A stretch of DNA of 63,423 nt, filler included, from 4 parts of 4 records of this genome joined end to end with filler, not necessarily neighbours in it, one strand, 5' to 3'; positions 49,503-59,260 are shown, numbered from the whole stretch's first letter. The notes: a model not told the origin generated them from the letters alone. Translations and numbers: made by a program.

Positions 49503-50966
49503 CTACAACCCGGCCAGACACAAGTAACGGATTTCCAGGAATTCATCGATGCCATACACCGAGCCTTCACGGCCAATACCCGATTCCTTGACGCCACCGA
49601 AGGGAACCGTCTCTGACACGAAACGCGGCGTGTTCACGCCGACCATGCCGTATTCGAGCTGCTCATTAAGCCGGAAAATCCGCCCCAGATCCCGGGTGTA
49701 GGCATAAGCCGCCAGGCCATAAGGGGTTTCGTTGGCGAGCCGGATCACCTCCTCTTCGTCACTGAACCGATATACAGGCGCCACCGGGCCGAAGATTTCG
49801 GTATTGAACACCTTCATTGCCGGAGTCACGTCACCCAGCACGGTCAACTGATAGAAGGTTCCTCCCAGACCGGCATCACCACCACCGCCGGTCACCACCG
49901 TGGCGCCCGATGAAACCGCGTCGTCCACCAAAGCCGAAACTTTTTCAAACGCCGCCGGGTTGATCAGTGGCCCCTGGGTCACGCCCTCCCTGGTCCCCTC
50001 GCCCAACGCCAGGGTTCCCACCGCCCGGGCAAGCCGTTCCAGGAAAGCATCGTAGACGCGCTCGTGCACCATGATGCGATTGGCGCAGATGCAGGTCTGA
50101 CCAGTGTTATAGAATTTGATGGCGATGGCGCCACGCACCGCCTCGTCCAGATCCGCGTCTTCAAATACCAGGAACGGCGCGTTGCCGCCCAGCTCCAGGC
50201 TCACTTTCTTCACCGTGGCCGCGCACTGGGCCATCAGCAATTTGCCCACCGCGGTGGAGCCGGTAAACGACAGCTTGCGCACCTGCGGATTGGAAGTCAG
50301 CTCTCCGCCCACTTCCGCGCCATGGGCAGCGGCAACCACATTGAAAACGCCCGCCGGCACCCCGGCCCGCTCCGCCAGCGTGGCCAAGGCCAATGCCGAC
50401 AGCGGCGTGTCCTCGGCGGGCTTGAGCACCACAGTACAGCCAGCCGCGAGAGCCGGCGCCACTTTGCGGGTAACCATGGAGGACGGGAAATTCCATGGGG
50501 TAATCGCCGCCACCACACCGACAGGGTGGCGCGTTGCCCATTCACGGCGGCTGTTGTCCGCCGGCGGCAGAATGTCCCCCATCACCCGCATCGCTTCCGC
50601 CGCGAACCAATCGACGAAATTGGCGCCGGAAAGCACCTCCGCCCGGGCTTCCGCCAATGGTTTGCCCTGCTCCAGGGTAAGCAGCAAAGCCAGGTCGTCG
50701 GCATTATCAACGATCTCCTGGTACCAGCGGCGCAGAATCAGCATGCGTTCCCGGGCCGAACGGCGGCGCCAGTCCTTGAAGGCGACGGCCGCCGCTTCCA
50801 CCGCGGTACGGGCATCAACGGCCCCCATATCCGGCACCTGAGCCAGCACCTCGCCACTGGCCGGATTCCTGACCTCGAAAGTAAGGCCGGAGCGCGCGTC
50901 GCACCAGACACCATCGATCAGTGACTGGTAACGCAGCAAAGTCGAGTCCTGAAGTTCCGCGGACAT
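49503..50966 (-). CDS. NAD(P)-dependent aldehyde dehydrogenase, succinate-semialdehyde dehydrogenase (GabD) family
   Basis: ITPWNFP, FTGST, LELGGNAP, GQTCIC, EIFGP, PFGGVKESG; GGAG RBS before the ATG at 50966. Confidence 0.93.
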   Translation of the reverse strand: MSAELQDSTLLRYQSLIDGVWCDARSGLTFEVRNPASGEVLAQVPDMGAVDARTAVEAAAVAFKDWRRRSARERMLILRRWYQEIVDNADDLALLLTLEQGKPLAEARAEVLSGANFVDWFAAEAMRVMGDILPPADNSRREWATRHPVGVVAAITPWNFPSSMVTRKVAPALAAGCTVVLKPAEDTPLSALALATLAERAGVPAGVFNVVAAAHGAEVGGELTSNPQVRKLSFTGSTAVGKLLMAQCAATVKKVSLELGGNAPFLVFEDADLDEAVRGAIAIKFYNTGQTCICANRIMVHERVYDAFLERLARAVGTLALGEGTREGVTQGPLINPAAFEKVSALVDDAVSSGATVVTGGGGDAGLGGTFYQLTVLGDVTPAMKVFNTEIFGPVAPVYRFSDEEEVIRLANETPYGLAAYAYTRDLGRIFRLNEQLEYGMVGVNTPRFVSETVPFGGVKESGIGREGSVYGIDEFLEIRYLCLAGL

Positions 50967-51148
50967 AGCCGTCTCCGTAAGTAAGGGTTGGTCAAGCCGA
51001 CCTGAAGCGGGGTAAGCAAAATCGTCTTCACGGACGATGTCCCTTCCCGTCAACTTGCTTTATACGATATACAGCATACAAACACCCTGTCGGTGCGGCC
51101 AACCCGCATGACCGGCCCGCAATGACGTTACCTACAAGGACGCCTGCC

Positions 51149-52231
51149 ATGACTGCAGAACAACAAAACGGTGTATCGGACAGTCGCCGCTTCGAATTCC
51201 AGGAGTTCGGCGGTCCGATCGCACCGCAAACCTACCAACTCCCCGCCCCCGCCAGCGACGAAGTGTTGCTCAAGGTCAACTACTGTGGCGTCTGCCATAG
51301 TGACGTTCACCTTCACGATGGCTATTTCGAATTGGGCGGCGACAAACGCCTCAACTTCGCCATGCCGCTACCGCTTACTCTGGGCCACGAGGTGATCGGT
51401 ACCGTGGTGGCGGTGGGCGACCAGGTCACCGGCGTCAAACCCGGCGACCAACGTCTGATCTACCCATGGATCGGCTGCGGCAAATGCGGTGCCTGCCAGA
51501 AAGGCGAGGAAAACCTGTGTGTCACCCCGGCTCACCTGGGCGTGAACAAACCCGGCGGCTACGCCGATCACATCGTCGTGCCCCATTCCCGCTATCTTCT
51601 CGACATCAGCGGCCTCAACCCCGGCGACGCCGCCACCCTGGCCTGCTCCGGGCTGACCACCTTCTCCGCCATCAACAAAGTGCTGCCGCTGGCGGATGAC
51701 CAATGGATCGTGGTGATCGGCTGCGGCGGCCTTGGCCAGATGGCTCTGCGCATCCTCCAGGCCATGGGCATCGGCAATGTGATCGGTATCGATCTGTCCG
51801 AGGAGAAACGCAAGCTGGCGCAAGAGAGCGGCGCCCGCCACAGCTTCGACCCGAACACACCGAAACTGAATCGGGTGGTGGCGGAAACCTGCCCGGGCAC
51901 GGTGCAGGCGGCCCTGGACTTCGTCGGCAATGAGCAGACCGCCCAATTAGCGTTGAGCCTGCTGGGCAAGGGTGGCAAATACGTACCGGTGGGTTTGCAC
52001 GGCGGCGAATTGCGTTATCCGCTGCCGATCATCACCAATAAAGCAGTGAGCATCATCGGCTCTTATGTGGGTACGCTGAAGGAATTGGAGGACCTGGTGG
52101 CTTTCGCCAAGGAGAAGAACCTGCCGCCCATCCACATCGAGCATCGCCCGCTGGAGAGCGCCGCTCAAGCCGTGGAAGATCTGGAAAAAGGCCAGGTGGC
52201 GGGCCGGGTGATTCTGGACGCGGGCAACTGA
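51149..52231 (+). CDS. Zn-dependent alcohol dehydrogenase, 6-hydroxyhexanoate dehydrogenase (ChnD)-like
   Basis: CHSD, GYFELGGDKRL insert, GHE, PWIGCGKCGACQKGEENLC, VPHSRYL, GCGGLG, GSYVG. Confidence 0.9.
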   Translation: MTAEQQNGVSDSRRFEFQEFGGPIAPQTYQLPAPASDEVLLKVNYCGVCHSDVHLHDGYFELGGDKRLNFAMPLPLTLGHEVIGTVVAVGDQVTGVKPGDQRLIYPWIGCGKCGACQKGEENLCVTPAHLGVNKPGGYADHIVVPHSRYLLDISGLNPGDAATLACSGLTTFSAINKVLPLADDQWIVVIGCGGLGQMALRILQAMGIGNVIGIDLSEEKRKLAQESGARHSFDPNTPKLNRVVAETCPGTVQAALDFVGNEQTAQLALSLLGKGGKYVPVGLHGGELRYPLPIITNKAVSIIGSYVGTLKELEDLVAFAKEKNLPPIHIEHRPLESAAQAVEDLEKGQVAGRVILDAGN

Positions 52232-52233
52232 CT

Positions 52234-52273
52234 CGGCTTGCCCCTCTCCCCCTTCAAGGAGAGGGGCAAGCCG
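52234..52273. terminator. 16-bp GC-rich hairpin between convergent ADH and fabH genes
   Basis: CGGCTTGCCCCTCTCC-N8-GGAGAGGGGCAAGCCG; no U-tract. Confidence 0.6.
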
Positions 52274-52282
52274 CCTCGCCAT

Positions 52283-53413
52283 TTACTTCACCCGTTTGAC
52301 CACCACGCTGCCAATGGAATAACCGGCGCCAAAGGAGCAAATCACCCCTTTGCTGTCCACCGGCAGGTCGGCATTATATTTGTGGAAAGCAATGATGGAG
52401 CCGGCGGAACTGGTGTTGGCGTACTCGTCCAGGATCACCGGCGCTTCCTCTTCGCTGGGATCACGCCCCAGCACCCGGCGGGCGATGAACTGGTTCATGC
52501 TCAAATTGGCCTGGTGCAGCCACATCCGGCGCAGCTCTTCCACCGGCAGATCCAGATCGTTCAAATGACCGCTGATCTGCTCGGCCACCATGGGGCAGAC
52601 TTCCTTGAATACCTTGCGGCCTTCCTGGCGGAACAGTTTGTCGCGGGCGCCGATGCCGGACGGGTCGGCCCGATTCAGGAAACCAAAGTTGTTGCGGATG
52701 TTATTGGAGAATTTGGTTTGCAGGCGGGTGCCGAGAATCTCCCAGCGGTTGTCGCTGGTGGCGTCCTCGGCCCGCTCCACGATCACCGCGGTGGCCACAT
52801 CACCAAAGATGAAATGACAGTCGCGATCCTGCCAGGCCAGGTGACCGGAACAAATCTCCGGATTGACCATCAGCACGCGCCGGGCGGAGCCATTGCGCAC
52901 CGCGTCCACCGCCGCCTGGATACCGAAGGTGGCGCTGGAACAGGCCACGTTCATGTCATAGCCCCAGCCATGTTCCATGCCCAATGCCTGCTGCACTTCC
53001 ACCGCCATGGCCGGATAGGCACGCTGCATATTGGAACAGGCCACCAGCACGGCATCCAGATCGTCGGCTGTCAAGTTGGCGTTTTCCAGTGCCTGCCGGG
53101 CGGCGTTGACGGCGATCTCCGCCTGCACCGACAACTCGTCATCGGACCGCTCGGGAATGTTCGGACACAGCCTTTCGGGATCCAGCACGCCTTCCTTGTC
53201 CAGCACATAACGCTGTTTGATGCCGGAGGCTTTCTCGATGAAACCGGTACTCGAAGGGCTCAGAGCCTCCAGTTCACCGGCCTCGATGGCGGCGGCGTTG
53301 CTCTCGTTATAGAGCTGCACGTATTGGTTGAACGACGCCACCAGCTCGTCGTTACTAATGGACTGCTGCGGGGTCCACAGCCCGGTTCCGCTGATCACTA
53401 CGGATTGGGTCAC
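52283..53413 (-). CDS. fabH: Beta-ketoacyl-ACP synthase III, PA3286-type (long FabH)
   Basis: [59 protein letters not shown] start with a GAGAGGA RBS. Confidence 0.92.
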   Translation of the reverse strand: MTQSVVISGTGLWTPQQSISNDELVASFNQYVQLYNESNAAAIEAGELEALSPSSTGFIEKASGIKQRYVLDKEGVLDPERLCPNIPERSDDELSVQAEIAVNAARQALENANLTADDLDAVLVACSNMQRAYPAMAVEVQQALGMEHGWGYDMNVACSSATFGIQAAVDAVRNGSARRVLMVNPEICSGHLAWQDRDCHFIFGDVATAVIVERAEDATSDNRWEILGTRLQTKFSNNIRNNFGFLNRADPSGIGARDKLFRQEGRKVFKEVCPMVAEQISGHLNDLDLPVEELRRMWLHQANLSMNQFIARRVLGRDPSEEEAPVILDEYANTSSAGSIIAFHKYNADLPVDSKGVICSFGAGYSIGSVVVKRVK

Positions 53414-53584
53414 TAACCTGTCCTCTCTGCAAAGGCGCACCGGGCGCCGCGACAGTAAATGATGTCATTATCCGGATTCAGCCCCGTGGGCGCAAAACCG
53501 ATGTTTCATGAGCGCGCGAATCACTCTCCCTCCCCGGGGCCACAGCGGCTTCGTAGTCCGGTCCGAGGGAAACCCCGCAGCGCC

Positions 53585-56500
53585 TCAGCAAGCTTCCCAC
53601 TGCCGGTTCAAACGCTTGGCCGACACTGGCATACGGGTCCCCAGCGGCTGCGCGAACAGGCTGACCCGATATTCCTCCAGCATCCAGCGAAACAGAGCCA
53701 GAGGCTCAGGCAGGCGCCAGTGCGGCGTTTCCCCGGCCCGGCGGCTGAACTTTTCCCAGAATGCCTCCAGTTCCGCCACCTGCGCCCGGTCACGCCCCAA
53801 CTGCCCGCCCATCTTGTCCAAACGTTGCTCGATGGCGCTCAGATAGCGAGGGTACTCCGACAGCCACTCAGCGGGCACGGACAACAGAAAATCCGTTTCG
53901 AACAGAGCCGAAAGCTGCGTCTTCAAATCCCGGTGGGCATGAGCCCAGGCCAATGGAAAGCCCTTTTCCAGCCGCGTCATGATGCCACGATAGCAGGCGA
54001 ACACCTCGCCCCAATGGCGAACAGCGCGTTCCGCCGCCGGGACGAAGTCGCCGCGACCGGAGTCCAGGCGATGACGAAACGCGCTCTGATCGCGGACCGG
54101 CTCGGCATGAAAGTGGAAATGGTCCGCGGCGGTCCGCAACAATACGTGTTCCAGCGCCTGCCGCGCCATGGCACTTTTTTCACTTTTCAGTTTTTGCCAG
54201 CCAATCGCCGCGCCAGCCTGCCGTTTCAGAGACTTGATCTGATCCGGCAAACGCAGCAACGCCAGGCGGGCACAACCATGGCCATGGCGCCAGGCCGCTT
54301 CTTCGGCGTCATCGAAAAAATCCAGCCGGACCCGGTCTTCCAGATCCTGCAGTCCCGGGTAGCGGCGCAGTACAATACCGCCACGCTTCTGCTCACGGCA
54401 TTCCGGCACCTCACCGAAATCCCATTCACGGCTTTCCTGTGACGGCGTTTCCTCGATCACCTCGCTGTGCGTCGGCATCCGCCCGCGCAAGCGCTGACGC
54501 AGATCCGCCGGATCACGGCCTTCCAGCACCACTTGATCGCCGTCCATCACACGCAAATTCATGCGCAAATAATCCGGCAGCTGATCCTCGCGCCATTCTT
54601 CCTGCTCCACCCTCACACCGGTCATACGTTGCAATTCCCGCGTCATCGCCGGCAGCAGGGGCTGATCCGGCGTCAACGCCTCCATCAACGCATCGACGTA
54701 ATCCGGCACCGGCACGAAATGCCGGCGGCGCGCCTTGGGCAGGCCGCGCAGCAGCGCCTCCAGCTTATCCCGCAGCAGCCCGGGTACCAGCCACGCCAGC
54801 CGCTCTTCCGGGATCTGGTTCAATGCCGCCAGTGGCACCACCAGCGTGACGCCATCGCGCTGCCCGGTGGGGTCGAAGCTGTACTCCAGCGGCAGGTGCA
54901 TGGCTTCCACCACCAACTCATCAGGGAAAGCGTCGCGCTGCCATTGCGGCGTGCGGGAGAGCAGCACATCGTCGTCCATGATCAGAGCCTGACGTTCCGC
55001 TTCCGAAGCGTGCTTGCGGTACCAGGTTTCCAGGTGAGTGAGGGTATAAAGCGAATCCGGCAACCGCTGGTCATAGAACTCGAAGCGCGTCTGCTCATCG
55101 GCGAGAATGTCACGGCGGCGCAGTTTGTGCTCCATCTCCTCCAGCGCTTCCAACCGCTCCCGGTTGGTCTTGACGAAGGCCGGCTCACGGCTGAGCTGCC
55201 CCGCCACGAGCCCTTCTCGAATCATCAATTCCCGCGCCAGCTCCGGTTCCATCGGCCCGTAGTGCACCCGGCGCCCGGAGGCCAGAATCAGCCCGAACAG
55301 ATTGACCTGCTCCCGTGCCATCACGCAGCCGCGCCGTTTTGACCAGTGCGGCTCATAATACTGCCGTTTCACCAGATGGCCGGCTTCCGCCTCGATCCAG
55401 TCCGGCTCCACCCTGGCCACGCAACGGGCGAACAGGCGGCTGGTTTCCACCTGCTCCGCCGCCATCAGCCAGCGCGCTCCGTTCTTCTTGCCGGCGGCTT
55501 TGCTCAGCGCCGAACCGGGCCAGACCAGCGGCTTGCGGTTACGGGTGGAGAGCCACTCGCCCTCCTCGCCTCGCATCATCACGTTACCGAGCAAGCCGGC
55601 GAGTAAAGAGCGGTGGATCGCTTCGTATTCCGCCGGGCTGTCATTGAGTGCCCAGCCCTCCTGTTTCGCCAGCAGCAGCAATTGACGGTGCGTGTCCCGC
55701 CATTCGCGCATCCGTGACGGCGCCAGAAAAGTCTTCTTGAGCAGTTTCTCGAACTGGCCGCGACTGAGTTCCTCGCGCTGCTGTTCCGCCCATTGCCAGA
55801 GGTTCCAGAACCAGAGGAAATCCGATTCCTTATCCTGGAACGGCTGGTGAGCCTGATCCGCCTGTTGTTGTTTTTCGCGTGGACGCTCGCGCGGATCCTG
55901 CACCGCCAGCGCGGCGACGATCGGCAGCACCTCGCGCAGCGCCTTTTTCTCCGCCGCGGCCACCAGCATGCGCGCCAGCGTCGGGTCCAGCGGGAAACGG
56001 GCCAGCTGCTTGCCCAGAGAGGTGGGCCGGCGCTCGCTATCCAGCGCGCCCAGCTCTTCCAGCAGGCGATAACCGTCGCGGATGAAGCGGCCGTCCGGCG
56101 GCTCCATGAACGGGAAGTCCTCCACCCGGCCCAGCCCCAGATCCGCCATCTGCAAGATCACCGCCGCCAGGTTGGTGCGCTGGATTTCCGGGTCGGTGAA
56201 CGCCGGGCGATTGATGAAATCGTCCTCGCTGTACAAGCGGTAAGCAATCCCCGGCATGATGCGGCCGCTGCGCCCGGAGCGCTGGTCGGCGCTGGCCTGG
56301 GATACCGGTTCCACCGGCAGACGCTGAACCTTGGAGTGAACGCTGTACCGGCTGATGCGTGCGGTCCCGGCGTCAATCACGTAACGGATGCCCGGCACCG
56401 TCAGCGAGGTTTCCGCCACATTGGTGCTCAGCACGATACGGCGGCCACGGTGCGGAGAAAATACCCGTTGCTGCTCGGCGGCGCTCAACCGGGCGTATAG

Positions 56501-57448
56501 CGGCAGCAACTCAGTGTCACGGAAATCGCAACGCTTGAGATGATGGTGTACATCGCGGATTTCCCGTTCGCCGCTGAGAAACACCAGCACGTCGCGAGCC
56601 ACCGGGCGGCCATCCCGACGCTCCTCGCTGTCGATCCGCCGCAACACTTCTTCCACCTGCCAGCCCAGTTCCCGTTCCCCTTCCGGCGGGCAGTATCGAA
56701 TATCCACCGGATAGGTGCGCCCGGACACCTCGAACACCGGCGCGCCGTTAAAATGATCGGCGAAACGGCGATGGTCGATGGTGGCCGAGGTGATGATCAC
56801 CTTCAGATCCGGGCGGCGCGGCAGCAGTTGCTTCAGATAGCCGAGCAGGAAATCGATATTGAGGCTGCGTTCATGGGCCTCATCGATGATCAGCGTGTCG
56901 TACTGGCGCAGTTGCCGGTCATGCTGAATCTCACTGAGCAGCATGCCGTCGGTCATCAGTTTGATCAGACTGTCCGCGCCAACCTGTTCGGCGAACCGGA
57001 CCTTGTAGCCGACCAGCCCGCCCACCCGGGTATCGAGTTCCTCGGCCAGACGCGCGGCCACGGACCGGGCCGCCAGGCGACGGGGTTGAGTGTGGCCGAT
57101 GTAGCCGTCCACGCCCCGCCCCAGTTGCAGACAGATTTTCGGCAGTTGGGTGGTCTTGCCGGAACCGGTTTCGCCGGCCACCACCACCACCTGATGATCC
57201 TGAATCGCCTCGGCCAGTTCCTCACGGTGATGCACCACCGGCAGGTCCGGCCAGCGCAACTCGGACACCAACGAGGCACGCCGTTGACGCTCCGCCACCG
57301 AGGTCTCGATCGCCGCCGCCACCTTGGCCCGCGCCGCGTCATTGGGACGGCGGCGCAAGCCTTCCAGGCGCTTGCGCAAACGGCCGCGATCGGCACCGCG
57401 CGCTTCCTCAAGACGACGCTGTAAATCCTTCAGGGAAAGGTCAGTCAT
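53585..57448 (-). CDS. hrpA: ATP-dependent RNA helicase HrpA
   Basis: GETGSGKTTQLPK, TQPRRLAA, DEAH, SAT, QRSGRSGR, C-terminal EEYRVSLFAQ (DUF3418). Confidence 0.97.
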   Translation of the reverse strand: MTDLSLKDLQRRLEEARGADRGRLRKRLEGLRRRPNDAARAKVAAAIETSVAERQRRASLVSELRWPDLPVVHHREELAEAIQDHQVVVVAGETGSGKTTQLPKICLQLGRGVDGYIGHTQPRRLAARSVAARLAEELDTRVGGLVGYKVRFAEQVGADSLIKLMTDGMLLSEIQHDRQLRQYDTLIIDEAHERSLNIDFLLGYLKQLLPRRPDLKVIITSATIDHRRFADHFNGAPVFEVSGRTYPVDIRYCPPEGERELGWQVEEVLRRIDSEERRDGRPVARDVLVFLSGEREIRDVHHHLKRCDFRDTELLPLYARLSAAEQQRVFSPHRGRRIVLSTNVAETSLTVPGIRYVIDAGTARISRYSVHSKVQRLPVEPVSQASADQRSGRSGRIMPGIAYRLYSEDDFINRPAFTDPEIQRTNLAAVILQMADLGLGRVEDFPFMEPPDGRFIRDGYRLLEELGALDSERRPTSLGKQLARFPLDPTLARMLVAAAEKKALREVLPIVAALAVQDPRERPREKQQQADQAHQPFQDKESDFLWFWNLWQWAEQQREELSRGQFEKLLKKTFLAPSRMREWRDTHRQLLLLAKQEGWALNDSPAEYEAIHRSLLAGLLGNVMMRGEEGEWLSTRNRKPLVWPGSALSKAAGKKNGARWLMAAEQVETSRLFARCVARVEPDWIEAEAGHLVKRQYYEPHWSKRRGCVMAREQVNLFGLILASGRRVHYGPMEPELARELMIREGLVAGQLSREPAFVKTNRERLEALEEMEHKLRRRDILADEQTRFEFYDQRLPDSLYTLTHLETWYRKHASEAERQALIMDDDVLLSRTPQWQRDAFPDELVVEAMHLPLEYSFDPTGQRDGVTLVVPLAALNQIPEERLAWLVPGLLRDKLEALLRGLPKARRRHFVPVPDYVDALMEALTPDQPLLPAMTRELQRMTGVRVEQEEWREDQLPDYLRMNLRVMDGDQVVLEGRDPADLRQRLRGRMPTHSEVIEETPSQESREWDFGEVPECREQKRGGIVLRRYPGLQDLEDRVRLDFFDDAEEAAWRHGHGCARLALLRLPDQIKSLKRQAGAAIGWQKLKSEKSAMARQALEHVLLRTAADHFHFHAEPVRDQSAFRHRLDSGRGDFVPAAERAVRHWGEVFACYRGIMTRLEKGFPLAWAHAHRDLKTQLSALFETDFLLSVPAEWLSEYPRYLSAIEQRLDKMGGQLGRDRAQVAELEAFWEKFSRRAGETPHWRLPEPLALFRWMLEEYRVSLFAQPLGTRMPVSAKRLNRQWEAC

Positions 57449-57472
57449 AATTCATGAATTCGGAGAGAGATC

Positions 57473-57501
57473 GCGGTCCTTTTCGGTATGAAAAGGACCG
57501 C
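57473..57501. repeat. 12-bp inverted repeat just upstream of hrpA
   Basis: GCGGTCCTTTTC-GGTAT-GAAAAGGACCGC. Confidence 0.75.
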
Positions 57502-57523
57502 CGGTGTCTCACGGTCGAGGGCC

Positions 57524-57550
57524 CATTCGCTTGCAAGGCAAGCTCCCACA
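57524..57550 (-). repeat. GTGG-class REP-like element at the contig end
   Basis: Minus strand TGTGGGA-GCTTGC-CTT-GCAAGC-GAATG: GTGG tetranucleotide plus palindrome, the typical REP layout. Confidence 0.7.
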
Positions 57551-57650
57551 NNNNNNNNNNNNNNNNNNNNNNNNNNNNNNNNNNNNNNNNNNNNTTAATT
57601 AATTAANNNNNNNNNNNNNNNNNNNNNNNNNNNNNNNNNNNNNNNNNNNN
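57551..57650. other. Artificial contig linker
   Basis: 44 N + TTAATTAATTAA + 44 N. Confidence 0.99.
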
Positions 57651-57677
57651 GGATCCCGGCCTTCGCCGGGATGACAC
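57651..57677. repeat. Partial alphaproteobacterial palindromic repeat
   Basis: GG-ATCCCGGC-CTTC-GCCGGGAT-GACAC (minus strand GTCATCCCGGCGAAGGCCGGGATCC) at the contig edge. Confidence 0.7.
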
Positions 57678-57678
57678 T

Positions 57679-59247
57679 TTATTTTTGGCGAGGCTCCAGC
57701 ACCGTCATCGCCCCCTCAAGCGCCTCCCCCGGCGTCCCCGAGGCGTCCACCTTCGTCCAAATCATCTCGCCCAGATCGTAGGAAAGCTGCCGCCTCAACA
57801 CCTCGACACCCGCATCCGACGGATCGCCGCCCTTCTTCTCGCGTTCCCTCACGCGCGCTTCCAGCACTGCGGCCGGCGCATCGAGCCAGAGCCCGTCGAA
57901 GGAAACGCCGCATCTCCCGGCCAGATCTCCCATCGCGTGCCGTTCCTCTTCCCGCGCAAAGACAGCATCCGCAACAACGCACATCCCCGCATCAAGCCCC
58001 GCGCCTGCAAGCCGCATCATTTCCGCATAGACCTTCTCTCCCGCGCCCGGCGCATAGGCCTCATCCGGCAGGCGCTCCAGCGGACCAACGCCGAACATCC
58101 GTTTGCGGATAATGTCCGTGCGCAGATGCAGCGCACCCGCCGCGCCGCCCGTCCGCGCCGCAATTTCCCTCGCAAGCGTCGACTTGCCGTTGCCCGACAA
58201 CCCGCCCACGGCAACGAGCCGCGGCGCGGGCGTCTCAAGCACGCGCGCCGCAAAGGCGAGATAGGCCTCCGCCTTCTTCTTCGCCGTGTCGTCCTTCGCC
58301 TGCACCGCCGTCACCTTGGCGCGCACGACCGCGCGCGTCGCCATGAACAGCGGCAGCAGCGCCAGCCCGTCCAGCGCAAGGTCGTCCTGCGCCACGTGAT
58401 CCAGATAAACATTGAGCGCGCGGTTCGCGTACCCGGCGAGCCTCCCGTCGCCTTCTGCCCGAAAGGCGATGTCCATCAGCAGGAAAGCCAGATCGTAGAA
58501 CACGTCGATCCGCGCGATGTGGTCGTTGAATTCCACACAATCGAAAATGAGCGGACGCCCGTCCATCACTGTCACGTTGCCGAGATGCAAATCGCCATGG
58601 CAATGCCGCACATGCCCCTCGTCGCGACGACGGTCCAGCAGCGCGCGGTGCGTTTCGATGAGCGCCTTGCTCGCCTCCGTCACGGCGCGCGCCTTGTCCG
58701 CGTCGAGAACCTTGCCGAGGCAGGGCTTCATGTCCTCCTCGCTGCCCTCGACGATCTTCAGGAAACTGTCCGCGCCGCCGAAGCCCGGCCTCACCTCCGC
58801 CTTGCGATGGAAAGCGGCGATATCGGCGGCGAGCCTTTCCACCAGCGGCAGTTTCAGTTCGCCCTTGTCCGCCAGCGTCGCGAGCAGACCCTCGCTGCCG
58901 AAGCGTTTCATCTCGACAAGCCAGTCGACCGCCTCGCCTTCCTCACCGCCGAGTTTCAGTTCGCCGTCCGCGCGCCGTACCGCCTTCACGCCCAGATAAA
59001 TATCGGGCGCGGTGCGGCGATTGAGGTCGACCTCGTGCTCGCAGGCCGCTTTCCGTTTTTCAGGCGTCGAGAAATCGAGAAAGGTGAACGTCACCGGCTT
59101 CTTCAACTTGTAAGCGCGGTCGCCCGCCAGAAACACATGCGAGGCGTGCGTTTCGATCCGCTTCACCTTGTCATTCGAGGAAAGCCCGTGCGTTTCCGGC
59201 GCTTCGAGAAATGCGACGAGTTCTTCCGTATCTGGCAACTCCGCCAC
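57679..59247 (-). CDS. Aminoglycoside-phosphotransferase-like kinase fused to a P-loop kinase (Rv2004c-like)
   Basis: IETHAS, YKLKKPV..FLDFST, CHGDLHLGN, FDCVEFN; Walker A GLSGNGKST; SDA motif. Confidence 0.9.
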   Translation of the reverse strand: MAELPDTEELVAFLEAPETHGLSSNDKVKRIETHASHVFLAGDRAYKLKKPVTFTFLDFSTPEKRKAACEHEVDLNRRTAPDIYLGVKAVRRADGELKLGGEEGEAVDWLVEMKRFGSEGLLATLADKGELKLPLVERLAADIAAFHRKAEVRPGFGGADSFLKIVEGSEEDMKPCLGKVLDADKARAVTEASKALIETHRALLDRRRDEGHVRHCHGDLHLGNVTVMDGRPLIFDCVEFNDHIARIDVFYDLAFLLMDIAFRAEGDGRLAGYANRALNVYLDHVAQDDLALDGLALLPLFMATRAVVRAKVTAVQAKDDTAKKKAEAYLAFAARVLETPAPRLVAVGGLSGNGKSTLAREIAARTGGAAGALHLRTDIIRKRMFGVGPLERLPDEAYAPGAGEKVYAEMMRLAGAGLDAGMCVVADAVFAREEERHAMGDLAGRCGVSFDGLWLDAPAAVLEARVREREKKGGDPSDAGVEVLRRQLSYDLGEMIWTKVDASGTPGEALEGAMTVLEPRQK

Positions 59248-59260
59248 TCGTTCTCCTGAC

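Noticed and set aside
48558..53413. TetR, ALDH, ADH and FabH as accessory genes of the NRPS-PKS (e.g. lipid starter supply)
   Set aside because: They lie on a different contig across a linker, with different composition and probably a different organism.
52238..53416. 392-aa plus-strand ORF, and similar 200-370 aa ORFs opposite the ALDH, hrpA, CDF and dnaJ genes
   Set aside because: Antisense shadows caused by GC-rich codon bias.
57685..59259. 524-aa plus-strand ORF
   Set aside because: Antisense shadow of the kinase gene in high-GC DNA, with no recognisable motifs.
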